From: Epithemia pelagica
Taxonomy: Eukaryota > Protista > Bacillariophyta
Assembly (NCBI GenBank): GCA_946965045.2
Contig: OX337242.1
Span: 1,984,001-2,048,000 of the forward strand
Direction of reading: 5' to 3'
Length of the DNA stretch: 64,000 bases
Shown: piece by piece, positions 22,875 to 33,024 of the stretch
How the letters are laid out: each line of letters begins with the position of its first letter
How positions within the stretch are numbered: position 1 is the stretch's first letter
Notes under the pieces: model-generated
The model's input: only the letters and a program-made list of their open reading frames with translations
What the model was told of the DNA's origin: nothing
Database searches by the model: none
Made by a program: the position numbers and the translations under genes

Positions 22875-25163
22875 TCATTGTGACACCCAACCAAAACCGC
22901 TGTTGTTCATGTTCTCGATACTGCCCTTGGTTGGTTTTGCTGCCGCGGCTATTTCTCCCGTGGTGGCATTCGCTTCATCGAGAATGTGTCCACCGTAGCC
23001 TTTCATGTAGCCTTGTGCCGCTTCCATTTGGTCTTGCGTCACGGATTGGGACCACTTGAGTTCCTGTTGCATGAGCTGGGCGACACGCGGCAAGGCGGAC
23101 ATGGCTGCCTCATAATTCAAATAGGCCAAGCGAGTTCGTCGACTCAAGATATCTTCGACGCTACAGGCGTACTCGCGACACGCATAGACCACCTCGGCCT
23201 CGATATAGGGGTATCCTTGTACTAGTCGACGATCCAATACATCGCCATCTTTCTCCATGGTATCTTTGTTGTCAATGAGAGAACACACATCCCACACACA
23301 ACCACCATAGGTTTCCACCAAATGTTCACAAATATCACGATCCAAATGTTTGTACTTGGCTTGCAGATCGTCCACCAACGAGTCACTGTAACCCTTGGCT
23401 CCCATTAAGGGGACCTCGAGTGTTGTGCATGGCTTGGTGGTCAGACGGTCCACCATGTCTTGCGCCATTTCTCTCCAGGTGGTCCATTTTCCACCGGCAA
23501 TGAACCACACGCCCGTTTCGGGATGTTCGGAAATGACATGATCTCTAGAAACAGGAGCTCCTGGTGGAGCATGAGGATCGGCCGCTAAGGGCCTCCATCC
23601 TCTCCATGAGCTCATGACTTGGTCCGATTTGAAATAGGCCTGTTGGAGATGGGGTTTGTAGTATTTGGCCGATTCGCGGAGCACCCATTCCACGTCCTCG
23701 TGCGGTGCCAAGGGTAGGGTTTCCGCGTTGGAGGTCTTGTCGGTTGTGCCAATCAAGGTATGTCCCAACCAAGGCACCACAAATAAGAACCGACCGTCAC
23801 TGGTACGAGTATCCAGCAAACCCATGGGTTGACCATTGGGTCGTCCATCGGCTGTCTGGGGCATTAAGTGGCCTGGCAACACAACGTGGGTTCCTTGTGC
23901 TCCTCCCACGGCAGGCTTGAACGTGGTCGTTTGACTGGTCTGCTCCTCCTCACCCTTCTCCCCATTCGACTGTTCTAGTTTGCGAAGATTATCCGTAAAG
24001 GGCCCTCCGGCAAAGACCACTTTTTTGGCCCGAATGGTAAAGGATTCATTCGTCATGCGATCGACGACGACCGCCCCCGTCACCTTGCCGGTCGTGTCGT
24101 CCTTGGTCAAGTCGACGGCTGCCACATAATTGCAGATATGGGCTCCCTTTTGCGCGGCAGTCAGTGCAATGGCCAAATTGGTCCGAGCATCATTGTGTTG
24201 TGCCTCGTAAAAGACGGCACAATACTTGAGTTTGGTTTCATCCAATTGAGGAAAAACCTTGGAGACTGTTTTGGGGAACATGATATAACTGGGAGGACAG
24301 GTAAAGCCCGACAAGCCGTCATACACCTTAAAGACCAAGGGTGCCAAGAGAGGGAAAATGCTAAAGAGGGGGAAATTGAGAGGAGGAGGATCCATGTACC
24401 AGGATGTAAAGGGTACGGCAATGGGCAACCAATGGCACAAATGTCGGTTTTGTGTCGTCATGTATCGACGTTCGACATGACAATGATAGACCAGTTTGAG
24501 TTCGCCCATCAAATCCTCCACACTGGTTTTCAAACCCTTTTCTTTGAGTTGATTCCAATCCATAAATTTGGCCACGGCTGTTCCCATGTACTTGATACCG
24601 GCCCAAATAAGTTTGGTACTCCGCGAGGAGGTTTCCGAGGCAAAGTCGCCCCGTTCAATACAGGCTGTTTTCAATCCCCGACTGGCGGCATCCAAGGCAA
24701 CGCCCGCTCCCGTGGCACCGCCACCAATAATCAACACATCATAGTCATCTTGGTCATCGTCCTGCAAGTGTTCCAATTGTTGCGCCCGACTGGGAATGTC
24801 CTTTTGGGGACGGTCCACCGGCGCTGGATTGGACCAGGTGGCGGTCCATCGCAAACCGGGATCTTGATTTTCAAAGAAGCGACGATTGTATTGATGGCTG
24901 CGTTGATGATTATGCTGTTGATGATGGTGAGAATGACCCTGCCGGTGATTCTGAGACGAATGATCACGAGAGAAACGAAAAAAGGACCGTTTTTGATGCT
25001 GATGCTGATTTCGTGGAGCCGAGGCGAATCGAAACGAGCCTCCTCGTGTCGATGGGCGAACCGACGCTCGAGCTGTGGCGTTGGTAAAGGATCGCACTGC
25101 CGCCGTCGACCAGCGTGGATGGCTGGGAACCTTGGTTCTTGTTGCAATCGTAAGCACTGGCAT
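22875..25163 (-). CDS. GPD2: FAD-dependent (mitochondrial) glycerol-3-phosphate dehydrogenase
   Basis: DVLIIGGGATGAGVALDA, TSSRSTKLIWAG, DARTNLAIA, IGTTD, IAGGKWTT, DILSRRTRLAYL; Arg/Ser-rich transit-like N-terminus from ATG 25163. Confidence 0.95.
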   Translation of the reverse strand: MPVLTIATRTKVPSHPRWSTAAVRSFTNATARASVRPSTRGGSFRFASAPRNQHQHQKRSFFRFSRDHSSQNHRQGHSHHHQQHNHQRSHQYNRRFFENQDPGLRWTATWSNPAPVDRPQKDIPSRAQQLEHLQDDDQDDYDVLIIGGGATGAGVALDAASRGLKTACIERGDFASETSSRSTKLIWAGIKYMGTAVAKFMDWNQLKEKGLKTSVEDLMGELKLVYHCHVERRYMTTQNRHLCHWLPIAVPFTSWYMDPPPLNFPLFSIFPLLAPLVFKVYDGLSGFTCPPSYIMFPKTVSKVFPQLDETKLKYCAVFYEAQHNDARTNLAIALTAAQKGAHICNYVAAVDLTKDDTTGKVTGAVVVDRMTNESFTIRAKKVVFAGGPFTDNLRKLEQSNGEKGEEEQTSQTTTFKPAVGGAQGTHVVLPGHLMPQTADGRPNGQPMGLLDTRTSDGRFLFVVPWLGHTLIGTTDKTSNAETLPLAPHEDVEWVLRESAKYYKPHLQQAYFKSDQVMSSWRGWRPLAADPHAPPGAPVSRDHVISEHPETGVWFIAGGKWTTWREMAQDMVDRLTTKPCTTLEVPLMGAKGYSDSLVDDLQAKYKHLDRDICEHLVETYGGCVWDVCSLIDNKDTMEKDGDVLDRRLVQGYPYIEAEVVYACREYACSVEDILSRRTRLAYLNYEAAMSALPRVAQLMQQELKWSQSVTQDQMEAAQGYMKGYGGHILDEANATTGEIAAAAKPTKGSIENMNNSGFGWVSQ

Positions 25164-26428
25164 GTTGGCTTTTTCTTCACTGAAGCACAATGAGACGGGG
25201 TGGGATGGAGAAGATCTGTAAGGAAACAGAGAAAGCAACGAAAGGATACCTCTTGAAGTGCTCTTCTTGTGTGTCTTGGTTCGTCAAAGCTGACCGGGTT
25301 TCTTCTGTGTCGCCGACTAGAGAGCAGGTTGTTAATGTTCTTTGAGAGAATTGTGAGAGTGTGATTCACAACAAAAAAGAGAAAAGCGAGAGCGCGAGAA
25401 AACTCGGAGGGAGGTCGATGATGCGAGCGATCCGAATTCTTTTGCGGAATCGGAAGCGAAGTGGAGGATTGTGACGTGGTGGTGTCTGTCTCCTATTTCG
25501 AAAGACTTTCGTTTAAGACACTACGTCGACACATATGTGACATATCTGGTATACGGACACCAGTAGGAGCAGATGTCTCTACAGACACATCAAAGATACG
25601 ACGGATCCATCTGAATCTGATGTGGATGCAATTCTTCTCTGGCATCATGTTCGCATCGCATGAATCATCTACATCAGATATCAGATGACCAACCATCATC
25701 AACCCGAACGAAAATCAACATATTATGGGACAAGGAGTACAATGAGAACAACGAGATTCGACATCTGCACAGTCAATCCAACAACACACAAGATGAGAAC
25801 TGTCCGTCTGTTTCGGAAAGAACAGGCCATTGCGGTCCTTATCCTTTCGAACTTTCTCGTTTCGGTGGAGGATGCCCTCACTCTCCACTCTCTCCTATCT
25901 AGGAAAAAAAGATTCGACATGCAGGACGAATCAAAACCCACTAGGTACCAAAAGATAAAACGAACCTTTGATAAATGACAATAGGAGTAGAGGCGAGGAT
26001 GAGAGAAGTGGCTATCGACAGATCGGAGTTGTCTCCAATGCGATGCATGAAATGAGAAATTCTTTTCTAGGTCAAAGGAAACGTCCTTTCAAAGGAATGC
26101 ATGCTCCAAAGAATGTTTTTGGACGCGGCGGTGTGATGGTGCTGCATGGAGGAGTGCATCGTCCATTATCGCGTCGACAAGCTTTGCCTCTTTCTCACAG
26201 GTAGCAACAGGTAGCAACCATAGAGGTAACCATTCGGAACCTGCAGTCAGTGCGACGGATCCGCGACAAACGGGGAGGTGTCCTAAGATCCCATCCATCT
26301 CTATGCCCTCAAAGATAAAGTCCAAGCTTCAGATGTTATCCTTTTCTAGGACACTCCGGAACTCCATTTCTCCATCGACACCACCTCACTCGCTCTTCGC
26401 CACTGGCTCAACACATGGCGACCTGTTA

Positions 26429-26573
26429 TACTTCGGTCTGCTTCTTCCCCGTGATTTCTTACACCCCAAGTACTGTTAGTCCTCGCCTAGTTTTCTAGGC
26501 CGGGCGCGTCGGTCGACGGCACCCTAGCGGGTCCGCGCGGCAGCGTTAAAATAGACTGTACCTTTTTTTTTTT
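26429..26573 (-). mobile_element. Unclassified short dispersed element, copy 2 (core 26429-26562, T11 at 26563-26573)
   Basis: Reverse complement of 7161-7294 with one substitution (gacggCacc vs gacggTacc), and the same homopolymer junction. Confidence 0.8.
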
Positions 26574-26674
26574 CATCCATCACGATCCATTGACGTGTGT
26601 GTTCCCATTGATGTTCATACTTTCAACTACAAAGAAGATCACCTCATCGATAGACCCAAACTGCAGCCTGTTCC

Positions 26675-27574
26675 ATGAAAAGTTCTGCCACGCTCTCTGC
26701 GAAGCATTTGCTGCTCCTTCTTGTGATTCTTCAACTCGTGTCCGTGTTCGCCATGGCATCCGACGCACCCATCCAGAATGTGTTGGTGACGGGTGCGGGT
26801 GGTAAGACGGGCCGTTTGGTGCTGCAAAAGTTGTTGGCTCGTCCGGCGTTTGCGCCAATGGGTGTCGTCCGAACCGAAACGAGCACGCAACTGCTACTGG
26901 AAGAAGAAGACGGAGTACCGGAATCCAACATTGTGGTGGCGGACATTTGCGACGCTGCCGCCATGGAACGGGTCTGTCACGGCATGGACGCTGTCATTAT
27001 TTGCACCAGCGCCACACCTGCTCCCACGGGTGAAATGACTCCCGAAGGTCGACCCATATTTGGCTTTCCCAATGGCCAACCCGAACAGGTGGATTGGAAT
27101 GGCCAAAAGAATCAGATTGATGCAGCCTCCAAGTCGGGCGTCCAGCACGTTGTCATTTGCTCCTCCATGGGAGGTACCAACCCGGAAAATCCCCTCAACA
27201 ACCTTGGTCGCGCAAAAGATGGAACTGGTGGAAACATTTTGCTTTGGAAACGAAAGGCGGAACAGTATTTAATCGATTCCGGTCTTTGCTACACCATTGT
27301 CCATCCTGGTGGACTGCTCGACCAAGAAGGAGGCCAGCGTGAAATTGTGGTCAGTGTCGACGACCAGCAAGTTGGAACTGACAACCGAAGCATCCCCCGC
27401 GCCGATGTCGCCGAGCTGTTGATTGCCAGTTTGGAGTATGCGTCGTACCAGAACCGATCGTTTGATGCCCGAACCAAGCCCGAAGGCGAAGGCACTGTTA
27501 CGACGGACTACGAAAAACTATTGGTGGACATGACAGAAAACTGTGACTACAGTCTTGGAACAATCCCTGAATAA
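26675..27574 (+). CDS. NAD(P)H-binding atypical SDR (NAD_binding_10 type) with signal peptide
   Basis: VLVTGAGGKTG, EQVDWNGQKNQIDAA, WKRKAEQYLIDSG..YTIVHPGGLLD, IPRADVAE. Confidence 0.9.
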   Translation: MKSSATLSAKHLLLLLVILQLVSVFAMASDAPIQNVLVTGAGGKTGRLVLQKLLARPAFAPMGVVRTETSTQLLLEEEDGVPESNIVVADICDAAAMERVCHGMDAVIICTSATPAPTGEMTPEGRPIFGFPNGQPEQVDWNGQKNQIDAASKSGVQHVVICSSMGGTNPENPLNNLGRAKDGTGGNILLWKRKAEQYLIDSGLCYTIVHPGGLLDQEGGQREIVVSVDDQQVGTDNRSIPRADVAELLIASLEYASYQNRSFDARTKPEGEGTVTTDYEKLLVDMTENCDYSLGTIPE

Positions 27575-28073
27575 GAAGCTACTTATAGAAAGACAATATT
27601 ATTGACGATTGACGTGCCTTCTGCATTTCTCCTTGCGCCACGACTCCTCTTTCCCATGTGTTTGGCGCGTAAAGAAGCAGCCGCAAGCAGTCGAGCATGT
27701 TCGGATCTCGCACATTGACTACCTTCGTGAGGGCGTCCCCAAGAGTCCAGAAGAGAGACGAAACACTCTTGTATGGATCAACTTAGTTGATCAATACTGG
27801 GGACCTCTCATCACCTGTTACTCATTAAAAAGAATTGGGTCGGATGACAATAGCCATCTTTTGATGCGGATATCGGATATGGAACAGAAGCTGTATATCT
27901 CTACAATACTGCTGCAGGCCCTCGGCAAGCGGAATCGCAAACCGGGAATAGAATACCTACGCAAAAAGTTCTCCAAAAGGGAGAGAGAAGAAGAAGAAGA
28001 AGAACACTATCTGATACATACTCCTAAGTCTCCATCGTTGCGTAATCTCGCCGTGTTGTGGCTCTTTGTAGTA

Positions 28074-29282
28074 TCATTGAATGGAATCTTCTTGCGACAT
28101 GATGCGGACCAAATCCTTGGTTTGATTCCCATTGCCGCGACTTTGAAACAATCCCCCAAATCGAGTCTCATCGTGGACCTGGGCCACTTGGCGTTGCAGA
28201 ATTTGGGTCCGATTCATGGCCTTTTGCAATACATCAATGGACTCTTCAATTCGTGTACAAGCCAAATTGATATCTTGCACCTTTTCCATAATAACTTGCT
28301 TTTGGGACGATGATCCCCTTTCCTCTGAATTTTCCTTTTCCTCAGACTCGTCATCGCTCTCCAAATCCATTGCTTCCGCATCATCGTTATTGTTTTGAGC
28401 GAGGAGTATCTGTTGCTCCAAATCTTTATCAGCTTGTTTCCAAACACGTTCTTCCTTTTCCAGTTTTTGGAGTTCGGTCATGAGATAGGCCACTTCTCTC
28501 CACGTTTCTTGATTGGGTGGATATTTCTTTTTCAAATCTCTTTGGCAGGCCAATCGTTTCAAGGCTCGATATTCTTCCTGGTCCTTTTGTGCTTGAATTT
28601 TGGCCCGTTGTTGCTCCTCCTTGCGTCGCTGTCGCGAGGCTTGCGCGACCTGTCGGGCCATGGCTGTGGTTTGGTACAGAGCTTGTCGGGCCAATGTAAT
28701 TTGCGACACACATTCGGGTGCATCCCGTTGCACAATGGCTTGTATGGACCGCAAGACTTGATTGTGTTGATGCGATACTGCGGGAAGTAAGACATCTTCC
28801 AAGGACAAAATACCATAGTTGGCCAACTGGGGTTGATCGCTGTCGGAATCAGATTGCATGGCATGTTGATAGAGAGACTCGAGAAGTTCCTTGGAGGGAA
28901 GACTGACACTGGGTGGATATTCCCACACAATGCATTGTGAATTGTCAACCTCTTTCTGTTGTTTGTGAGGTTCACCATGGCCAGTGGCCAAAGGTTCATT
29001 ACTGGAATGGCCGGTCGAGGTGGGAATGGGAGACGCATTGGGCACAGAAAAGGGTGACGAGCTGTCAGATCCTCCTTCCACAACAGTAGCCATGGCAGTT
29101 GGTTTGGGATTATTCTCAAAGGATGGGGATGGATTGGCCACTGCCGCTGTGGAACATGTACTTTCACCACCGTGTGGACTCTGGATTGGAGCAAGTCCAT
29201 GACTGTGATTGTTGGTGGCGGTGGATGCTGGATGTGAACTCCTATCGTTCCGCATGGGTGAAATGTATTCCGTCGTTGTCAT
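28074..29282 (-). CDS. Coiled-coil hypothetical protein
   Basis: ~402-aa ORF from ATG 29282 with S/P-rich N-terminus and Q/E/K heptad-rich body. Confidence 0.65.
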   Translation of the reverse strand: MTTTEYISPMRNDRSSHPASTATNNHSHGLAPIQSPHGGESTCSTAAVANPSPSFENNPKPTAMATVVEGGSDSSSPFSVPNASPIPTSTGHSSNEPLATGHGEPHKQQKEVDNSQCIVWEYPPSVSLPSKELLESLYQHAMQSDSDSDQPQLANYGILSLEDVLLPAVSHQHNQVLRSIQAIVQRDAPECVSQITLARQALYQTTAMARQVAQASRQRRKEEQQRAKIQAQKDQEEYRALKRLACQRDLKKKYPPNQETWREVAYLMTELQKLEKEERVWKQADKDLEQQILLAQNNNDDAEAMDLESDDESEEKENSEERGSSSQKQVIMEKVQDINLACTRIEESIDVLQKAMNRTQILQRQVAQVHDETRFGGLFQSRGNGNQTKDLVRIMSQEDSIQ

Positions 29283-29964
29283 GATGATGTTTATCACGAA
29301 GAGATGATTGAACTCAATCTCTCTGGTTGTTCCACAAATAATAATGAGAGGGATGATAGCGATGGAGATCAATGTCGTTTGTCCTCGTCCGACTGTTGTC
29401 CAACAATGATTTCAGAAGAGAGGTCTTCCTTCCAGAATGTCTTGAATGCGCCATGTGCGCAGAAGGGGATCGCCACGCGTGCCAGATTCATGAGCCTTAT
29501 AATATTGTATCCGTTTGTGTACGATCCACCGGCCAATCGTGTGGGACAAACTTCCGGGAGAGCATGCCAGCATCGATTGATCGCGCGCCGAGCTTGTGAC
29601 CATCGGAGGTCGGTTGCTGCTTCCGAGTCCTCGTCACGGCGCACTATGCTCGACACAAACCAGGAAATTTGAACCACATTGATACATAGCGGTCCCTGGA
29701 CTCGGTCTTGGTATCACAATCCGACCGATAGGTCCATTCCGTTGACGATCCCACCTTGACTCGTGGAATATAAGAGATTGTTAGAGTTCCAAGAAAGACC
29801 TGGCTTGGAGGAGGATACAAAACAAAGTAACGACTTTGTATACGCCCAACAAGAACAACAGCAACATGTGTCGATTGATCCAGCGTTGGCGGCGTCGCCC
29901 CATTTTTTGGAGTCTCCACAAGGTTTGATCCATAGTGTCACCTGTTTCAACAAGAACGCAAACG

Positions 29965-31635
29965 ATGACCATGAAGAATTCAAATCAACATGTTTCATTT
30001 TGTGTGCGACGGTGGCTTTTCCTTGTTGTTGCACTAGTTTTGCCCATGACTGTATCTTGTTCTGCTTCGAATTTCCGAATGAAACGTGCCTCTCTCCAAC
30101 AACAACAACACAAACAAGAAGAAGGTTCCTTTCGTTCGACACACTTTCGCGGACCAAACCATGGTCGACGATTGAAATCCAACAAGAGCGAGACATCCAC
30201 GGATCCACCCACCGTGTCGCCCAGTAGGACCTCCTGGCCAGTTCTCTCTCCCACACCTGTGCCCACCTACTCACCCAGTTCGGAACCAACACCTCTTCCT
30301 TCACTGGCACCCAGTCCGAGCCCAACACGAATGCCTTCCAACGTACCCACTACCAGTTCTCCCAGTGCAGTTCCTACAACCATGGAACCAACTCGGGTCC
30401 CTACCGGGCATCCATCGACTGCGTCCCCATCCGCCACACCTGCACCCACTGTTACTGCCAGTCCGTCCCTGGCACCCACAGTCTCCACTCGTCCATCCCG
30501 TTCCAACGTTCCCTCTGTGGATCCCTGGGGGTACGACACGAACATCCTTCCAGTCAGTGGAGCTACCATTCACGAATGCCGTCGCGATCCTCCCAATGGT
30601 ATGGCGTTGCGTAACCATGTGGTTCCCTATGCGTACAATCTCACAATTTCGCCGACAACCGACACAAGTGTGAGTGAAACTGTGGGCCAAATCTATGCGC
30701 TTTTGGGACCAGCCGTTGCACAAGTGCTGTGTGAGAGAAATGATCAAGATGAAGAAGAAGAAGAAGACTTTTATCTGTTCCAGTTATCGTCCTTGGTTAC
30801 CGATTTGGAGGTTTCCCCTTGCAGCGACGATACCACTGATTGTTGGCTACTGACGGGAAGCTTTGACACGCAAGTATTTGTCAAGAATCCATCCACCAAC
30901 CGTCGACGACGAGAACAACAGCGACGACGAGTGAATTCTATAAGTTCACAAGAAGAGGATGCCGTCGCGGCATGGCTCATGAGCGTCATTGATTCAGTCT
31001 TTCCCACTATTCTATCCCAACTGCCGTCCGTGCAGCAAGGTACCTATCCGAGTACTACGGCTCCTAGTTCCATGGCCAACGACAGGAATCCAAATACGAT
31101 TACTGCTTATCAATCTCAATTGGGCAATTCCAACGAGACTCTGTCCACCGGAGCAGTGACGGCTGGTGCCATGAGTCTTGTGGTGGTTGCCATCGTTTTC
31201 GTGTCCTGGAGTCGTATCCGCAAACGATCCAAGCGTGCCATGAGATTTTATGGCAATGAATTGGATTCGGTGGAGGACGACGACAATCGCACAGCCCCAG
31301 AGGACGATGACGAGGATGACACTAGCATGACCGACCAAGACGAATCGGACGGGGACCGTAAGACAAGCCAGCATCCAACCAAGGAATTGTCTAATCGTGC
31401 CATTCCCACAGCAGGTAAGGATACGGTTTGTCCAGAAGTGAACAGTGGTGATGGGGAATTAGAACGTTCCTTTTCGTTGGTTCGATCACGGGCCACTGCA
31501 CAACAACCAACGCAGCGTAGAGGACCGTCCTGGCAAGATCTTCAGGCGACCCTTCAAGAACTGGGTCCACATCCCTATCGATCTCGAAGTGGGACGGCCG
31601 CTACGATTGTTGTTGAAGACACGGTGGATCTCTAA
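29965..31635 (+). CDS. Mucin-like type I membrane protein (signal, RRL site, PSxxP tract, Cys domain, TM, acidic tail)
   Basis: WLFLVVALVLPMTVSC signal; GRRLKS; PT/PS repeats; TM AVTAGAMSLVVVAIVFVSW followed by RIRKRSKR. Confidence 0.8.
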   Translation: MTMKNSNQHVSFCVRRWLFLVVALVLPMTVSCSASNFRMKRASLQQQQHKQEEGSFRSTHFRGPNHGRRLKSNKSETSTDPPTVSPSRTSWPVLSPTPVPTYSPSSEPTPLPSLAPSPSPTRMPSNVPTTSSPSAVPTTMEPTRVPTGHPSTASPSATPAPTVTASPSLAPTVSTRPSRSNVPSVDPWGYDTNILPVSGATIHECRRDPPNGMALRNHVVPYAYNLTISPTTDTSVSETVGQIYALLGPAVAQVLCERNDQDEEEEEDFYLFQLSSLVTDLEVSPCSDDTTDCWLLTGSFDTQVFVKNPSTNRRRREQQRRRVNSISSQEEDAVAAWLMSVIDSVFPTILSQLPSVQQGTYPSTTAPSSMANDRNPNTITAYQSQLGNSNETLSTGAVTAGAMSLVVVAIVFVSWSRIRKRSKRAMRFYGNELDSVEDDDNRTAPEDDDEDDTSMTDQDESDGDRKTSQHPTKELSNRAIPTAGKDTVCPEVNSGDGELERSFSLVRSRATAQQPTQRRGPSWQDLQATLQELGPHPYRSRSGTAATIVVEDTVDL

Positions 31636-32272
31636 CATGCATGTCCTCATGCAACATATCCTCACGCCCCAACAGTCTCGAGATTATGGTGATGATGAAG
31701 GAAACGTGGTAGCGTGTGGATGCTTTTAAGGTTTTTACTCCTAGTATTTGTAGTTTGAATGGAAGCAGCTACCTCTATCGTAGCTTGTGCAGTCATCCAC
31801 AACGGAGAAAGTACCGGCAGAGTGATTGAAAATAGAAACCCTCCATGGCGACTCTAGTAGAGAATCCAAGGGATATAACCTCTTATGGAAAAGGAGAAGC
31901 ACTTATATAAAAAATACTCGTAGGAGAGTAATATCAGAAAAACAAGGAGGCTAGCGCGAACATCTGGTTACCCCATCGGAGTGTTGGAAGGGCGCCGCCC
32001 CCTCCAACGGCGTTTGCATTTTGCAAAAGAAATTTTGGGAGCTTCGAGGCCCCCCCTTCAAATCTCAGGATCCCCCCCAAATAACTGGTGTCCGAGATTT
32101 GCGAAAAGATCGATCGTAAAAAGATACCTTCCCCCCCACTCCCCACGTTGATCGAACGCCTCTCATTTAAAAGAGCGAAAGGGAGAAGACGCAAACCCTT
32201 GCGATACCCTGCCATTACTAGGTCGATTCCCCATCCTTCTTCCGCTCTTGCTATATATATCGGATACGGAAA

Positions 32273-32755
32273 ATGTCAGCGCCACACTTATTGTTTCTTC
32301 TGGCCATTGTGATTACCCTTGTGGTTTCGTCGGCAGGCGTCCATGGCTTTGTGGCACCCACCGTGGTGAATTCCAAATCGCATGGCTCGAGGAGGGTCCT
32401 ACTGCAGATGGCAGGCGAAGGCGTGGAGCTAGCATCCAAGGAAGACTTGCAGACGGCCATTGCCAATCCTGACACGGTGGTTTTGGACATTCGATCGGTG
32501 GAAGAAATTGCCGCTACGGGTTATTGGAAACCGGGCGTGACGCGATGGGCTCATGCACCTGGTTCTCGACAAGACAATCCGTTATTGTCCACGGCTGCCA
32601 AGGCTCTAGTTGCCAAAGATCCCAACACGCCCGTCATTGTGTATTGCGCCAGAGGGTTCCGAGCCGAAGCGGCCAAGGAAATTTTGGAAGCCCAGGGCTT
32701 TACCAATGTCATGAACGCCGGTGGGTATCCTGGAGATATGGAAGGGATAGAATAG
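32273..32755 (+). CDS. Rhodanese-domain protein, predicted plastid-targeted
   Basis: Signal peptide then VHG-FVAP (ASAFAP-like); VLDIRS, VIVYCARGFRA, FTNVMNAGG. Confidence 0.85.
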   Translation: MSAPHLLFLLAIVITLVVSSAGVHGFVAPTVVNSKSHGSRRVLLQMAGEGVELASKEDLQTAIANPDTVVLDIRSVEEIAATGYWKPGVTRWAHAPGSRQDNPLLSTAAKALVAKDPNTPVIVYCARGFRAEAAKEILEAQGFTNVMNAGGYPGDMEGIE

Positions 32756-33024
32756 TCCTACTATGCAAGACTAGAAACCCAACTAAGCCATGGCATTGAT
32801 GCGAATCAGCGTACCAGAGTTATAGGAGTAGTGCCGAAGTCAATCTCTATACCAGAATGGTGGAGAATACCCTAGAGATTCTTTCAGTATTCAAGTTAGC
32901 TTGACGATATGTGTGTGGCATGTTTTCCATGCATGTCACCTCCATCTCGATTCATTTGCTCCCATGTATGTACGGAGAAACATTCTGATGATGTCCCCTT
33001 CTTGAGGAAAGGATGCAATGACTG

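Noticed and set aside
24138-25193. Long antisense ORFs (also 16609-17724, 37659-38711, 39813-40754, 42429-43394, 45300-46139, 51136-52125)
   Set aside because: They are shadows of well-supported genes on the opposite strand and contain no motifs.
7138-26573. The two inverted 134-bp copies as terminal inverted repeats of one 19.4-kb transposon (GGTAC start resembles Merlin-type TIRs)
   Set aside because: TM9SF upstream homology resumes right after copy 1 (7309-7374 matches 10487-10548), so copy 1 is a stand-alone insertion. The flanks (A-run versus T-run) are not a direct TSD, and the interval holds ordinary housekeeping genes with no transposase.
27609-28313. 234-aa plus-strand ORF
   Set aside because: No true ATG start or motif, and it overlaps the 3' end of the minus-strand coiled-coil gene.
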